NCBI GenBank assembly: GCA_016717345.1
Contig: JADKFR010000002.1
Coordinates: 246,040 to 310,039, forward strand
DNA from: Propionibacteriaceae bacterium
GTDB lineage: Bacteria; Actinomycetota; Actinomycetes; Propionibacteriales; Propionibacteriaceae
Length of the DNA: 64,000 nt
Direction of reading: 5' to 3'
Shown here one piece after another: positions 16,738-25,958 of the stretch. Positions within the stretch are counted from its first letter, which is position 1, and each line of letters begins with the position of its first letter. The notes below the pieces were generated by a model. That model was given only the letters and a program-made list of their open reading frames with translations. It made no database searches and was not told the DNA's origin. The position numbers were made by a program, and so were the translations under genes.

Positions 16738-16765
16738 TGCTGTGACACAAGGGGAGAACGGGCCC

Positions 16766-19700
16766 ATGAGCCGCCTAACCAGACTGAGCCTCGCGCACCG
16801 GACCGTGGTGATGCTGCTGGCCCTGCTCACCATCGGGCTGGGAGTCTACGCTGCCGGAGCGCTCAAGCAGGAGCTGATTCCGTCCTTCGACCTGCCCCGG
16901 GGCAGCGTGCTCACCGTGTACCCCGGCGCCAGCCCCACCGTTGTCGAGTCCGAGGTCTCCAAACCCATCGAGTCCGCCGTGAAGGCGGTCTCCGGGGTCA
17001 CCGGGGTCACCTCGAAGAGCTCCAGCGGTGTTTCCCAGGTGACCATCCAGTGGGACTACGGACTGGATTCCGACAAGATGTCCGCCGATATCCGCAGCGC
17101 CATCGACTCCATCTCGGCGACGCTGCCCAGCAGCGTGGACCCCAAGGTCGTCACCGGCGGGTTCGACGACATCCCGATCGTGATCCTGGCGCTGTCCTCC
17201 GACGACAACCTGACCGAACTGTCGGCCAAGGCCAAGGACGTGGTGGCGCCGGCGCTGAAGACCGTCCCCGGCGTCCGCGAGGTCACGGTCGCGGGCCAGG
17301 AGACCCGTGAGATCGTCATCACCTACGACCAGGCGAAGGTCAAGGAGTACGGGGTCGACCCGACCCTGATCGGCCAGGCTTTCGCGACGAACTCCACCGC
17401 GATCCCGTCCGGCACCATCCGGACCGACACCGCCAACTACGACGTCCAAACCGGCACCACCTACTCCTCGGTCAAGGACGTCTCGAACCTCCAACTCCAG
17501 GGCACGGACGGTCCGGTGCTGCTCAAGCAGGTCGCGAGCGTCAAGGAGCAGCCGGTCGAAACCACCACCATCTCGCGGGTGAACGGCAAGCAGTCACTCA
17601 CCCTCTCCGTGGTCAAGGAGTCCAGCGGCAATACCGTGAGCGTGGCCAACGCTGTCAACGCCAAGCTCGACTCCCTCGAGCAGCAGTTGGGCAACGGCGC
17701 GACGTTCGCCACCGTGTTCGATCAGGCCCCCTACATCGAGAAGTCCATCCACGACCTGTCGGTCGAGGGCGGCATCGGCCTGGCGATGGCCGTGCTGGTC
17801 ATCATGATCTTCCTGGGCTCGCTGCGTCCGACGCTGATCACCGCCATCTCGATCCCGCTGTCGCTGCTGATCGCGATCGTCGGCCTCTGGGTCGGCGGCT
17901 ACACGCTGAACATCCTCACCCTCGGCGCCCTGACGGTGGCGATCGGACGGGTGGTCGACGACTCGATCGTGGTGATCGAGAACATCAAACGACACCAGGG
18001 CTACGGCGAATGGGGTCGGGATTCGATCATCGGCGCGGTCAAGGAGGTGGCCGGCGCGGTCACCAGTTCCACGCTGACCACCGTCGCCGTCTTCCTCCCG
18101 ATCGGGCTCGTGGGCGGCCAGGCCGGGGCGATCTTCCGTCCGTTCGCGATGACGGTGACCATCGCCCTGCTGGCTTCGCTGTTCGTCTCGTTGACCCTGG
18201 TGCCGGTGCTGGCGTCCTGGTTCATGCGTCCGACGGTCAAGCAGGTCGCCAAGGCGCGCGTCGAAGCCGCCGCCGAAGAGAAGGACACGGTCGTGCAGCG
18301 GCTGTACCTGCCGCTGCTGAACTGGACGCTGGGGCACCGGCTGATCACCCTGCTGGTGGCGCTGGGCATCTTCGCCGGGACGCTGGCTCTGGCCCCGCAA
18401 CTGAAGACCGACTTCATCGGCAATATGGGCAACGAGAGCCTCAGCATCTCCCAGAAGCTCCCCTCGGGAACTGGCCTGGCCGACACCGACGCCGCGACCA
18501 GCCGGATCGAACAGCTCCTGGCCGCCGACCCGGCGGTGCAGACCTACTCGACCAGCATCGGCGGTTCCACGTCGGTGTTCATGGGCAGCCAGGCCGACAC
18601 CAACCAGGCCACCCTGACGGTGGCGCTGAAGGCCGGCAGCGATGCCACCGCCGCTGCGAACCGGGTGCGACAGGGGGTCGCCGACCTCGGTGACGTCGGT
18701 GATGTCGAGGTCTCCATCGGCAGCGGCAGCTCCGGGGCCACCGGCGTGGTGCTGTACGTGGAGAGCTCGGATTCCGAGCAGCTCACGCTGGCCAGCGACA
18801 AGGTCGAGCAGATGATGAAGGGCATCCCGGGCCTCACCAACGTCAAGAGCGACCTGGGCGACGCCCGGCAGATGCTGAAGATCGACGTGGACGAGGACGC
18901 CGCCGCCGAGCGGGGGATGTCGCAGTCCTTCATCGGCCAATCGGTTGCTCGCGCCGTGCGCGGCCAGCTGATCGGCACCCTGACCCAGACCGACACCACC
19001 CTGAGCGTGTACCTGCGGTCCCAGAAGCCGGCCAAGAACATCGACGAGTTGCGCGCCATCAAGCTGCCGGTCACCACCAAGATGACGATGGACGCCCGGA
19101 CCGACGCCGCCGACAAGGTCTCCGACGATTCGAAGCAACTGCAGGACGAGTCCAAGGCGTCGGCGACCGACGCCTACAACGACCAGGTGGCGGCGCTGAA
19201 GAAGTCCCGCGCCTCGGCGAACAAGAGCGTGACGTCGCTGAACTCGGAGCTGAAGAAGGCCAAGAAGCAGCTGGCCACCTTGCAGGCCCAGCTCGAACTG
19301 GCCGCGGCGATTCCGCCGAGCGACGTGAACCCCACGGTGACGGCCACGGTGCTGCAACTCACCCAGGCGGTCTCGGGAGTCACCATGCAGGTGGCCCAAC
19401 TCGGGGCCGGGCTGGCCTCGGCCAAGGCCGGCGTCAGCGCCGTGGACAAGCAGCTGGACGCCCTGGCGACCTCACGCTCCAAGGGCCTCGAGGCCCAGGA
19501 CAAGCAGCAGGCCATCACCGACGCCGCCAAGGACGCCCAGAAGGTCAAGGCGGACGCCGTGCGGCTGAAGGATGTCGCCGAGGTCGACCTGGTCGACGCC
19601 CCGGCGATGATCACGCGGGTGGACGGGATCCGGGCGGCCACCCTCACCGCGGCCTCGGAATCGTCCAACCTGGGGGCCACCACGACGGCCATCAAGGCCG

Positions 19701-20386
19701 GCCTCGCACTGCTCGACCTGCCCGAGGGCGTCAGCGTCCGGATCGGCGGGGTGTCCCAGCAGCAGGCGGACTCGTTCTCCCAGCTGGGGCTGGCGATGCT
19801 GGTGGCGATCGCCGTGGTGTACCTGATCATGGTGGCGACCTTCGGCTCGCTGCTGCAGCCGTTGGTGTTGCTGGTCTCGATCCCCTTCGCCGCCACCGGC
19901 GCGCTGGGGCTGTCGCTGATCACCGACACAGCGCTGGGCGTTCCGAGCATGATCGGCCTGCTGATGCTGATCGGCATCGTGGTGACGAACGCGATCGTGC
20001 TGATCGACCTCATCAACCAGAAACGCCAAGGCGGTGCGGGAGTGGATGAGTCCATCGCCGCCGGCGCGCGGCTGCGCGTCCGTCCGATCGTGATGACGGC
20101 GCTCGCCACGATCTTCGCGCTGATCCCGATGGGGTTGGGGCTGACCGGTGGCGGCGGGTTCATCTCCAAGCCGCTGGCGATCGTGGTGATCGGAGGGCTG
20201 GTGTCCTCGACGGTGCTGACGCTCTTCCTGGTGCCCGTGCTGTACGACCTGCTGGAGAAGTGGCAGGAGCAGCGGGCGGCGAAGCGCACGGCGCGGCGTG
20301 CCGCGAACGAGGCGGCGGCCGAGCAGGCGCTGGCTGAGCAGGCGGCGACCCAGCAGGTAGCCCCCCAGCAGGTAGCCCCCGAGTAG
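16766..20386 (+). CDS. RND efflux transporter permease (AcrB/AcrD/AcrF-type) with a large coiled-coil insertion
   Basis: 1206 aa from the ATG at 16766, with an AAGGGGAG RBS 9 nt upstream. It shows the 12-TM RND architecture (TM1, loop, TM2-6, TM7, loop, TM8-12), with motifs such as GRVVDDSIVVIENI and IGIVVTNAIVLID. Loop 2 is about 460 aa because of an insert at nt 19076-19564. Confidence 0.9.
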   Translation: MSRLTRLSLAHRTVVMLLALLTIGLGVYAAGALKQELIPSFDLPRGSVLTVYPGASPTVVESEVSKPIESAVKAVSGVTGVTSKSSSGVSQVTIQWDYGLDSDKMSADIRSAIDSISATLPSSVDPKVVTGGFDDIPIVILALSSDDNLTELSAKAKDVVAPALKTVPGVREVTVAGQETREIVITYDQAKVKEYGVDPTLIGQAFATNSTAIPSGTIRTDTANYDVQTGTTYSSVKDVSNLQLQGTDGPVLLKQVASVKEQPVETTTISRVNGKQSLTLSVVKESSGNTVSVANAVNAKLDSLEQQLGNGATFATVFDQAPYIEKSIHDLSVEGGIGLAMAVLVIMIFLGSLRPTLITAISIPLSLLIAIVGLWVGGYTLNILTLGALTVAIGRVVDDSIVVIENIKRHQGYGEWGRDSIIGAVKEVAGAVTSSTLTTVAVFLPIGLVGGQAGAIFRPFAMTVTIALLASLFVSLTLVPVLASWFMRPTVKQVAKARVEAAAEEKDTVVQRLYLPLLNWTLGHRLITLLVALGIFAGTLALAPQLKTDFIGNMGNESLSISQKLPSGTGLADTDAATSRIEQLLAADPAVQTYSTSIGGSTSVFMGSQADTNQATLTVALKAGSDATAAANRVRQGVADLGDVGDVEVSIGSGSSGATGVVLYVESSDSEQLTLASDKVEQMMKGIPGLTNVKSDLGDARQMLKIDVDEDAAAERGMSQSFIGQSVARAVRGQLIGTLTQTDTTLSVYLRSQKPAKNIDELRAIKLPVTTKMTMDARTDAADKVSDDSKQLQDESKASATDAYNDQVAALKKSRASANKSVTSLNSELKKAKKQLATLQAQLELAAAIPPSDVNPTVTATVLQLTQAVSGVTMQVAQLGAGLASAKAGVSAVDKQLDALATSRSKGLEAQDKQQAITDAAKDAQKVKADAVRLKDVAEVDLVDAPAMITRVDGIRAATLTAASESSNLGATTTAIKAGLALLDLPEGVSVRIGGVSQQQADSFSQLGLAMLVAIAVVYLIMVATFGSLLQPLVLLVSIPFAATGALGLSLITDTALGVPSMIGLLMLIGIVVTNAIVLIDLINQKRQGGAGVDESIAAGARLRVRPIVMTALATIFALIPMGLGLTGGGGFISKPLAIVVIGGLVSSTVLTLFLVPVLYDLLEKWQEQRAAKRTARRAANEAAAEQALAEQAATQQVAPQQVAPE

Positions 20387-20437
20387 GTAGCCCCCGCGTA
20401 GGCGGCCCCCGAGTAGGCGGCCCCGGGTAGGCGGGGG
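20351..20437. repeat. 15-bp tandem repeat (about 5.7 units) spanning the RND stop codon
   Basis: The units read CAGCAGGTAGCCCCC x2, GAGTAGGTAGCCCCC, GCGTAGGCGGCCCCC, GAGTAGGCGGCCCC, GGGTAGGCGGGGG. The first two units encode QQVAP QQVAP. The later units carry in-frame TAG where the first two have CAG. Confidence 0.9.
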
Positions 20438-20459
20438 TGTCAGGGCCGCGTGGCAGAGT
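20438..20459 (+). promoter_or_regulatory. candidate PafBC-type (RecA-independent DNA-damage) promoter for lhr
   Basis: TGTCAGGG-N8-CAGAGT resembles the published tTGTCRgtg-N8-TAnnnT motif. The -10-like hexamer ends 9 nt before the lhr ATG (20469), implying a leaderless or near-leaderless mRNA. Confidence 0.3.
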
Positions 20460-20468
20460 GGTGACACC

Positions 20469-23400
20469 ATGACGGACGCGCTCGACCGCTTCTCTGGGGC
20501 CACGAGCAGCTGGTTCCGGAGCAACTTCGAGGCGCCGACCAGCGCCCAGGCGGCAGCCTGGCATGCCATCAGCTCCGGATCGCACACCCTGGTGGTGGCC
20601 CCCACCGGCTCCGGCAAGACCCTGGCGGCCTTCCTGTGGGCGCTGGATCGCCTCGCCACCACCCCCCCGGCCGACCCGGCGCACCGCTGCCGGGTGCTGT
20701 ACATCTCGCCGCTGAAGGCGCTGGCCGTCGACGTCGAACGCAACCTGGCGGCGCCGCTGGTGGGGATCGGCCACGCGGCCCAACGCCTCGGCCTGCCGCG
20801 CCCTGAGATCCGGGTCGGACTCCGCTCGGGTGACACCCCGGCCGACGAGCGACGCGGTTTCGTCCGAAACCCCCCGGACGTCCTCATCACCACCCCCGAG
20901 TCGCTGTTCCTGTTGCTCACCTCCGCCGCGCGAGAGGCGCTGCGGGGGATCGAGACCGTGATCCTGGACGAGGTCCACGCCGTCGCCGGCACGAAACGGG
21001 GAGCCCACCTGGCGGTCAGCCTCGAACGGCTCGACGCGCTGCTGCCCCGCCCCGCGCAGCGCGTCGGGCTGTCGGCCACCGTCCGTCCGATCGAGGAGGT
21101 GGCGCGCTTCCTGGCCGGGGGCCGCCCGGTCTCCCTGGTCGCGCCGCCGAGTGAGAAGAAGTGGCAACTGGACGTCGTCGTGCCGGTCGAGGACCTGACC
21201 GCCCTGGGTCAACCCACTGGCGACCTGAGCGGGCCGGCCGCCGGCGAGCCGCAACGCAACTCGATCTGGCCGCACGTCGAGGAGCGCATCGTCGACCAGA
21301 TCGTCGCGCATCGCTCGACGCTGGTCTTCGCCAACTCCCGCCGGCTCGCCGAGCGGCTGACAGCGCGATTCAACGAGCTGTGGGCCGACCGGACGGAGGC
21401 CGGCCCCGGGGTGGGGGCTCCGCCCTCCAGCGCCCCCGCCCAGGTGATGGCCCAGTCCGGCATCAGCCACGCGGCCCCCGCCGTCCTGGCGCGGGCCCAC
21501 CACGGGTCGGTCAGCCGCGAGCAGCGACAGCAGACCGAGGAGGACCTCAAGGCCGGACGGCTGCCGGCGGTCGTGGCCACCTCCAGCCTGGAGCTCGGCA
21601 TCGACATGGGGGCCGTCGATCTGGTGATCCAGGTCGAAGCGCCCCCGTCGGTCGCCTCCGGTCTGCAGCGGGTGGGTCGCGCCGGGCACCAGGTGGGCGC
21701 GGTTTCGCACGGGGTGTTCTTCCCCAAGTTCCGGGGTGACCTGGTGCAGACCGCCGTCATCGTGGAACGGATGCGGGCCGGCGCCATCGAGGCCCTGCGG
21801 GTCCCGGCCAACCCGCTCGACGTCCTCGCCCAGCAGATCGTCGCGATGGTGGCGATGGACGAGTGGCGCGTCGACGACCTCGCCGCGCTGGTGCGGCGGG
21901 CGGCCCCGTTCACCGGGCTGACCGGCCCGGTGCTGGAGTCCGTCCTCGACATGCTGAGCGGACGCTATCCCTCCGACGAGTTCGCCGAACTGCGGCCCCG
22001 GCTGGTGTGGGACCGGGCCACCGACACCTTGACCGGCCGCCGGAACGCCCAACGGCTCGCGGTCACCAGCGGTGGCACGATTCCCGATCGCGGGCTGTTC
22101 GGGGTCTTCCTCGCCGGCGCCGAAGGGCCCGGCCGCCGGGTCGGCGAGCTGGACGAGGAGATGGTCTACGAGTCCCGGATCGGCGACGTGTTCGCGCTCG
22201 GCACCACGAGTTGGCGGATCGAGGACATCACCCACGATCGCGTCCTGGTGACCCCGGCCCCCGGCGTCCCCGCCCGGTTGCCGTTCTGGAAGGGCGACAC
22301 GCTGGGACGTCCGGCCGAGCTCGGTCGGGCGCTCGGCGGCTTCGTCCGGGAACTCGGCGGCCTGTCCCGCCCGGCCGCCCTGGCCCGCGCGGCCGCGGCT
22401 GGGCTGGACGAGTGGGCAGCCGACAATCTGGTCACGTACCTGACCGAACAGCGGGACGCCACCGGTCGGTTGCCCTCGGATCGGCAACTGGTCGTGGAGC
22501 GGTTCCGAGACGAGCTGGGCGACTGGCAGGTCGTCGTCCATTCGCCGTTCGGCTCCCCCGTCCATGCCCCCTGGGCGCTGGTGGTCGCCGCGCGGCTGCG
22601 CGAGCGGTTCGGGGTGGACGTCCAGGCCATGCACGCCGACGACGGCCTGGTGTTCCGGCTGCCCGACCTCGACTGGGACAGCGGCGCCGCCACCCTGGAC
22701 GATGAGCTGCTCGACCTGCTGTTCCCCGACGCCGACGAGGTCGCGGGCCTGGTCACCGAGCAGTTGGGGGGCTCTGCGCTGTTCGCGTCGCGGTTCCGCG
22801 AGTGCGCCGGCCGGGCCCTGCTGCTGCCGAAACGGCGCCCGGACCAGCGCCAGGCCCTGTGGCAGCAGCGTCAACGCTCCGCCCAGCTGCTCGAGGTCGC
22901 CAGCCAGTACCCGAGCTTCCCGATCGTGCTGGAGGCCGTCCGGGAATGCGTCAACGACGTCTTCGACGTCCCCGCGCTGGTGGCGCTGCTGACGTCCGTC
23001 CGTTCCCGTGAACTCGGCGTGCTGGCCGTCGAGACCCCCCGGCCCTCACCGTTCGCCGGGTCGCTGCTGTTCGGCTACGTGGCCCAGTTCCTCTACGAGG
23101 GCGACTCACCGCTGGCCGAGCGCCGCGCCGCCGCGCTCGCGTTGGATCCGTCCCTGCTCGCCGACCTGCTCGGGACGGCCGAAGGCCTGGCGCTGGCCGA
23201 CCTGCTCGACTCCGAAGCCCTCACCCGGACGGAGGCCGAACTGCAGTTCCTGGCCGAGGGACGCCGGGCGCGCGACGCCGACGACCTGAGCGACGTGTTA
23301 CGCACGCTCGGACCGCTGGACGCTGAGGGCGCCGCCGCGCGCAGCACCCGCCCGGAGCTGGTGGCGCAGTGGCTGGCCGAGCTGGTGGCGGCCCACCGGG

Positions 23401-25079
23401 TGATCCGGGTGCGGATCGGCGACCAGGAGCGCTGGGCGGCCATCGAGGACGCCGGACGGCTCCGCGACGCCCTCGGCACCCCGCTGCCGCTCGGCGTCCC
23501 GGACGCGTTCACCGGGCCGAGCGACGACCCGCTGGGTGAACTGCTGGCCCGCTACGCCCGCCGCCACGGTCCGTTCACCCTCGCCGAAGCGGCGGCGTGG
23601 CTCGGCCTGGGACAGGCGGTCGTCCGCGACGTGTTGCGGCGGCTGTCCGGAAGCGGGCGGCTGGTGGCCGGCGACCTGCGTCCGGCCGGATGGCATCCCC
23701 CCGGCGCCACCGGCCCGGCAACTCCCGAGGGCTCCCCGCAGTTCTGTGACGCGGGTGTGCTGCGGCTGCTGCGCCGCCGTTCGCTGGCGGCCCTGCGGCA
23801 CGCCGTCGAGCCGGTGTCGACGTCCGACTTCGCACGCTTCCTGCCCAGCTGGCAGGGGGTCGGTGAACTCCGGGGCACCGACGGGGTGCTGCGGGCGGTC
23901 GAGCAACTTGCTGGTGTCCCGCTCCCGGCCAGCGCATTGGAGTCGTTGGTGCTGCCCGTCCGGGTGCGCGACTACTCCCCCGCGATGCTCGACGAGCTGA
24001 CGTCCGGCGGCGAGGTGATCTGGCAGGGCCGTGGGGCCCTGAGCGGCGGGGACGGCTGGGTGTCGCTGCACCCGTCCGATCTGGCGGAGGCGACCCTCGC
24101 GCCGGCGGGAGCCCCGGCCTCGGAGCTGGCGGCCGCCGTGCTGGCCACCCTCGCCGAGGGCGGGGGCTACTTCGCCGCCGCCCTGGCGCGGCACCTCGGG
24201 GTGAGCGACGACGCGGCCCTGAGTGAGGCGCTGTGGGCACTGGCCTGGGGCGGCGCACTCACCAACGACACCCTGGTACCGCTGCGGGCGGTGCTCGGCC
24301 ACGCGTCCACCAGCCACGCTCGGCGTCCCAGCCCGCCGCGGGGACGCTACCGCCGCTCGCTGGGCGGCGTCGCCCTGCCGCGGCGCACCGGGAGTGCCCA
24401 GACGGCCGGACGGTGGGCCGCGGTGCCCGCGATCGAGCCGGATCCGACCGTGCGGGCGGTGACGACCGCCGAGTTGCTGCTGGAGCGGTACGGCGTCGTG
24501 ACCAGGGGCAGCGTGGCCGCCGAAGAGATCGCGGGCGGCTTCGCGGGTGTCTACCGGGTGCTCGCCGCCGCCGAGGAGACCGGACGGATCCGCCGCGGCT
24601 ACTTCGTCGAGCACCTCGGGGCGGCCCAGTTCGCCACCGTGGGGGCGGTCGACCGGCTGCGGAGCCAGAGCCGTCCGCTGGAGTCGGCAGTCGCCGGACC
24701 GGCGCTGGTGCTGGCCGCCTGCGACCCGGCCAACCCCTACGGCGCCGCGCTGCCCTGGCCGGAGCGCGCCCCGACCGAGACCGGACGGGGCCACCAGCCC
24801 GGACGCAAGGCCGGCGCCCTGGTCGTCCTCGTCGACGGGTCCCTGGCGCTCTACGTCGAGCGCGGCGGACGCACCCTTCTCTCGTGGGGCGAGGACGGCG
24901 TCGCGCTCGGTTCCGCGGCGACAGCGCTCGCCGCCGCCGTCAGTTCCGGGGCACTCGGCAAGCTCACCGTCGAGAAGGTCGACGGCGAATCCGTCCTCGG
25001 CTCCCAGCACCCGCTCGCCCTCGCTCTGGCGGCGGCCGGCTTCCGGCTCACCCCCCGCGGCCTGAGACTGCGGCGCTGA
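20469..25079 (+). CDS. lhr: ATP-dependent helicase Lhr (large helicase-related protein)
   Basis: 1536 aa. It has an N-terminal SF2 helicase domain (VVAPTGSGKTLAAF, DEVH, SSLELGIDMG). The long C-terminal extension and overall size match mycobacterial Lhr. Confidence 0.95.
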   Translation: MTDALDRFSGATSSWFRSNFEAPTSAQAAAWHAISSGSHTLVVAPTGSGKTLAAFLWALDRLATTPPADPAHRCRVLYISPLKALAVDVERNLAAPLVGIGHAAQRLGLPRPEIRVGLRSGDTPADERRGFVRNPPDVLITTPESLFLLLTSAAREALRGIETVILDEVHAVAGTKRGAHLAVSLERLDALLPRPAQRVGLSATVRPIEEVARFLAGGRPVSLVAPPSEKKWQLDVVVPVEDLTALGQPTGDLSGPAAGEPQRNSIWPHVEERIVDQIVAHRSTLVFANSRRLAERLTARFNELWADRTEAGPGVGAPPSSAPAQVMAQSGISHAAPAVLARAHHGSVSREQRQQTEEDLKAGRLPAVVATSSLELGIDMGAVDLVIQVEAPPSVASGLQRVGRAGHQVGAVSHGVFFPKFRGDLVQTAVIVERMRAGAIEALRVPANPLDVLAQQIVAMVAMDEWRVDDLAALVRRAAPFTGLTGPVLESVLDMLSGRYPSDEFAELRPRLVWDRATDTLTGRRNAQRLAVTSGGTIPDRGLFGVFLAGAEGPGRRVGELDEEMVYESRIGDVFALGTTSWRIEDITHDRVLVTPAPGVPARLPFWKGDTLGRPAELGRALGGFVRELGGLSRPAALARAAAAGLDEWAADNLVTYLTEQRDATGRLPSDRQLVVERFRDELGDWQVVVHSPFGSPVHAPWALVVAARLRERFGVDVQAMHADDGLVFRLPDLDWDSGAATLDDELLDLLFPDADEVAGLVTEQLGGSALFASRFRECAGRALLLPKRRPDQRQALWQQRQRSAQLLEVASQYPSFPIVLEAVRECVNDVFDVPALVALLTSVRSRELGVLAVETPRPSPFAGSLLFGYVAQFLYEGDSPLAERRAAALALDPSLLADLLGTAEGLALADLLDSEALTRTEAELQFLAEGRRARDADDLSDVLRTLGPLDAEGAAARSTRPELVAQWLAELVAAHRVIRVRIGDQERWAAIEDAGRLRDALGTPLPLGVPDAFTGPSDDPLGELLARYARRHGPFTLAEAAAWLGLGQAVVRDVLRRLSGSGRLVAGDLRPAGWHPPGATGPATPEGSPQFCDAGVLRLLRRRSLAALRHAVEPVSTSDFARFLPSWQGVGELRGTDGVLRAVEQLAGVPLPASALESLVLPVRVRDYSPAMLDELTSGGEVIWQGRGALSGGDGWVSLHPSDLAEATLAPAGAPASELAAAVLATLAEGGGYFAAALARHLGVSDDAALSEALWALAWGGALTNDTLVPLRAVLGHASTSHARRPSPPRGRYRRSLGGVALPRRTGSAQTAGRWAAVPAIEPDPTVRAVTTAELLLERYGVVTRGSVAAEEIAGGFAGVYRVLAAAEETGRIRRGYFVEHLGAAQFATVGAVDRLRSQSRPLESAVAGPALVLAACDPANPYGAALPWPERAPTETGRGHQPGRKAGALVVLVDGSLALYVERGGRTLLSWGEDGVALGSAATALAAAVSSGALGKLTVEKVDGESVLGSQHPLALALAAAGFRLTPRGLRLRR

Positions 25080-25080
25080 G

Positions 25081-25926
25081 ATGCCCGAGGGCGACACCGT
25101 CTGGCGGACGGCGCGGCGACTGCACCAGGCGCTGGCCGGCCAACGACTGCTGGCGGCCGACCTGCGCTGGCCCGAGCTGAGCACGGCCGCGCTGGCAGGA
25201 CTGCTGGTCACGGAGGTGACCGCACGCGGCAAGCACCTGTTGGTGCGCTTCGACAACGACTGGACCCTGCATTCCCACCTGCGGATGGAGGGCAGCTGGG
25301 TCGTGCAACCCACGGATCCGGCTCAGCCGCTCCCGGCGATCAGCGCGCGCTCCGCCGTCCGGGCGATCCTGGTCGGCCCGGAGTGGACGGCCCTGGGCCT
25401 GCGGCTGGGCGAGCTGGATCTGGTCCGTTCCGACGAGGAGCACACGCTGGTCGGGCACCTCGGCCCGGATGTCCTCGACCCGGCCTTCGAGCCTGGGGCC
25501 GCGGCGTCGAACCTCGCAGCGAGTGGGACGGGGATCGGCGCGGCGCTGCTCGACCAGACCAATTTGGCCGGAGTCGGCACCCTGTGGGCCAGCGAGTCGT
25601 TGTTCGCCGAAGGGCTGCACCCGGTGACCCCGGCCGCCTCGCTGGCGGCCGATCGGCTGGTCCGGCTGGTCAGCCGCGCCCGGCGCTTGATGAGCGCCAA
25701 CCTCGACCACGCCGTCCAGTCCTCGACCGGTAGCCGGCGTCCGGGCCGCACCACCTACGTGTTCGGGCGCCGCGGCCGGCCGTGCCTGCGCTGCGGGGCG
25801 ACCGTCGGCGTCATCACCGTGGGCCCGGCGACCCGGGAGCGGGCGCTGAGCTACTGCCCGCGCTGCCAGCCGCCGGAGCGCGACGTACCAGGGCCGCAGG
25901 TCACGGCCACGTCCGATTCCCGCTAG
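25081..25926 (+). CDS. nei: Fpg/Nei family DNA glycosylase (endonuclease VIII, Nei2-like)
   Basis: 281 aa. The N-terminal MPEGDTV carries the catalytic Pro2/Glu3, and there is a C-terminal zinc finger (CLRCGATVGVITVGPATRERALSYCPRCQ). The start lies 1 nt after the lhr stop. Confidence 0.9.
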   Translation: MPEGDTVWRTARRLHQALAGQRLLAADLRWPELSTAALAGLLVTEVTARGKHLLVRFDNDWTLHSHLRMEGSWVVQPTDPAQPLPAISARSAVRAILVGPEWTALGLRLGELDLVRSDEEHTLVGHLGPDVLDPAFEPGAAASNLAASGTGIGAALLDQTNLAGVGTLWASESLFAEGLHPVTPAASLAADRLVRLVSRARRLMSANLDHAVQSSTGSRRPGRTTYVFGRRGRPCLRCGATVGVITVGPATRERALSYCPRCQPPERDVPGPQVTATSDSR

Positions 25927-25958
25927 AACGAGCCCGTCCGGCAGGGCAGGATGGGCCC

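Noticed and set aside
20387-20468. LexA SOS box upstream of lhr (and upstream of the other repair genes)
   Set aside because: No TCGAAC-N4-GTTCGA-like palindrome is visible. Only the PafBC-like motif was found.
20160-22874. 904-aa ORF on the minus strand (and similar long ORFs at 23298-25313, 17594-19399, 15015-16499, 19472-21079 and 28026-29501)
   Set aside because: These ORFs lie antisense to, or out of frame with, genes that have strong family signatures (lhr, the RND pump, galM, efeB). Their translations are Arg/Gly/Pro/Asp/His-rich with no motifs. Long stop-free alternative frames of this kind are expected in DNA of about 70% GC.
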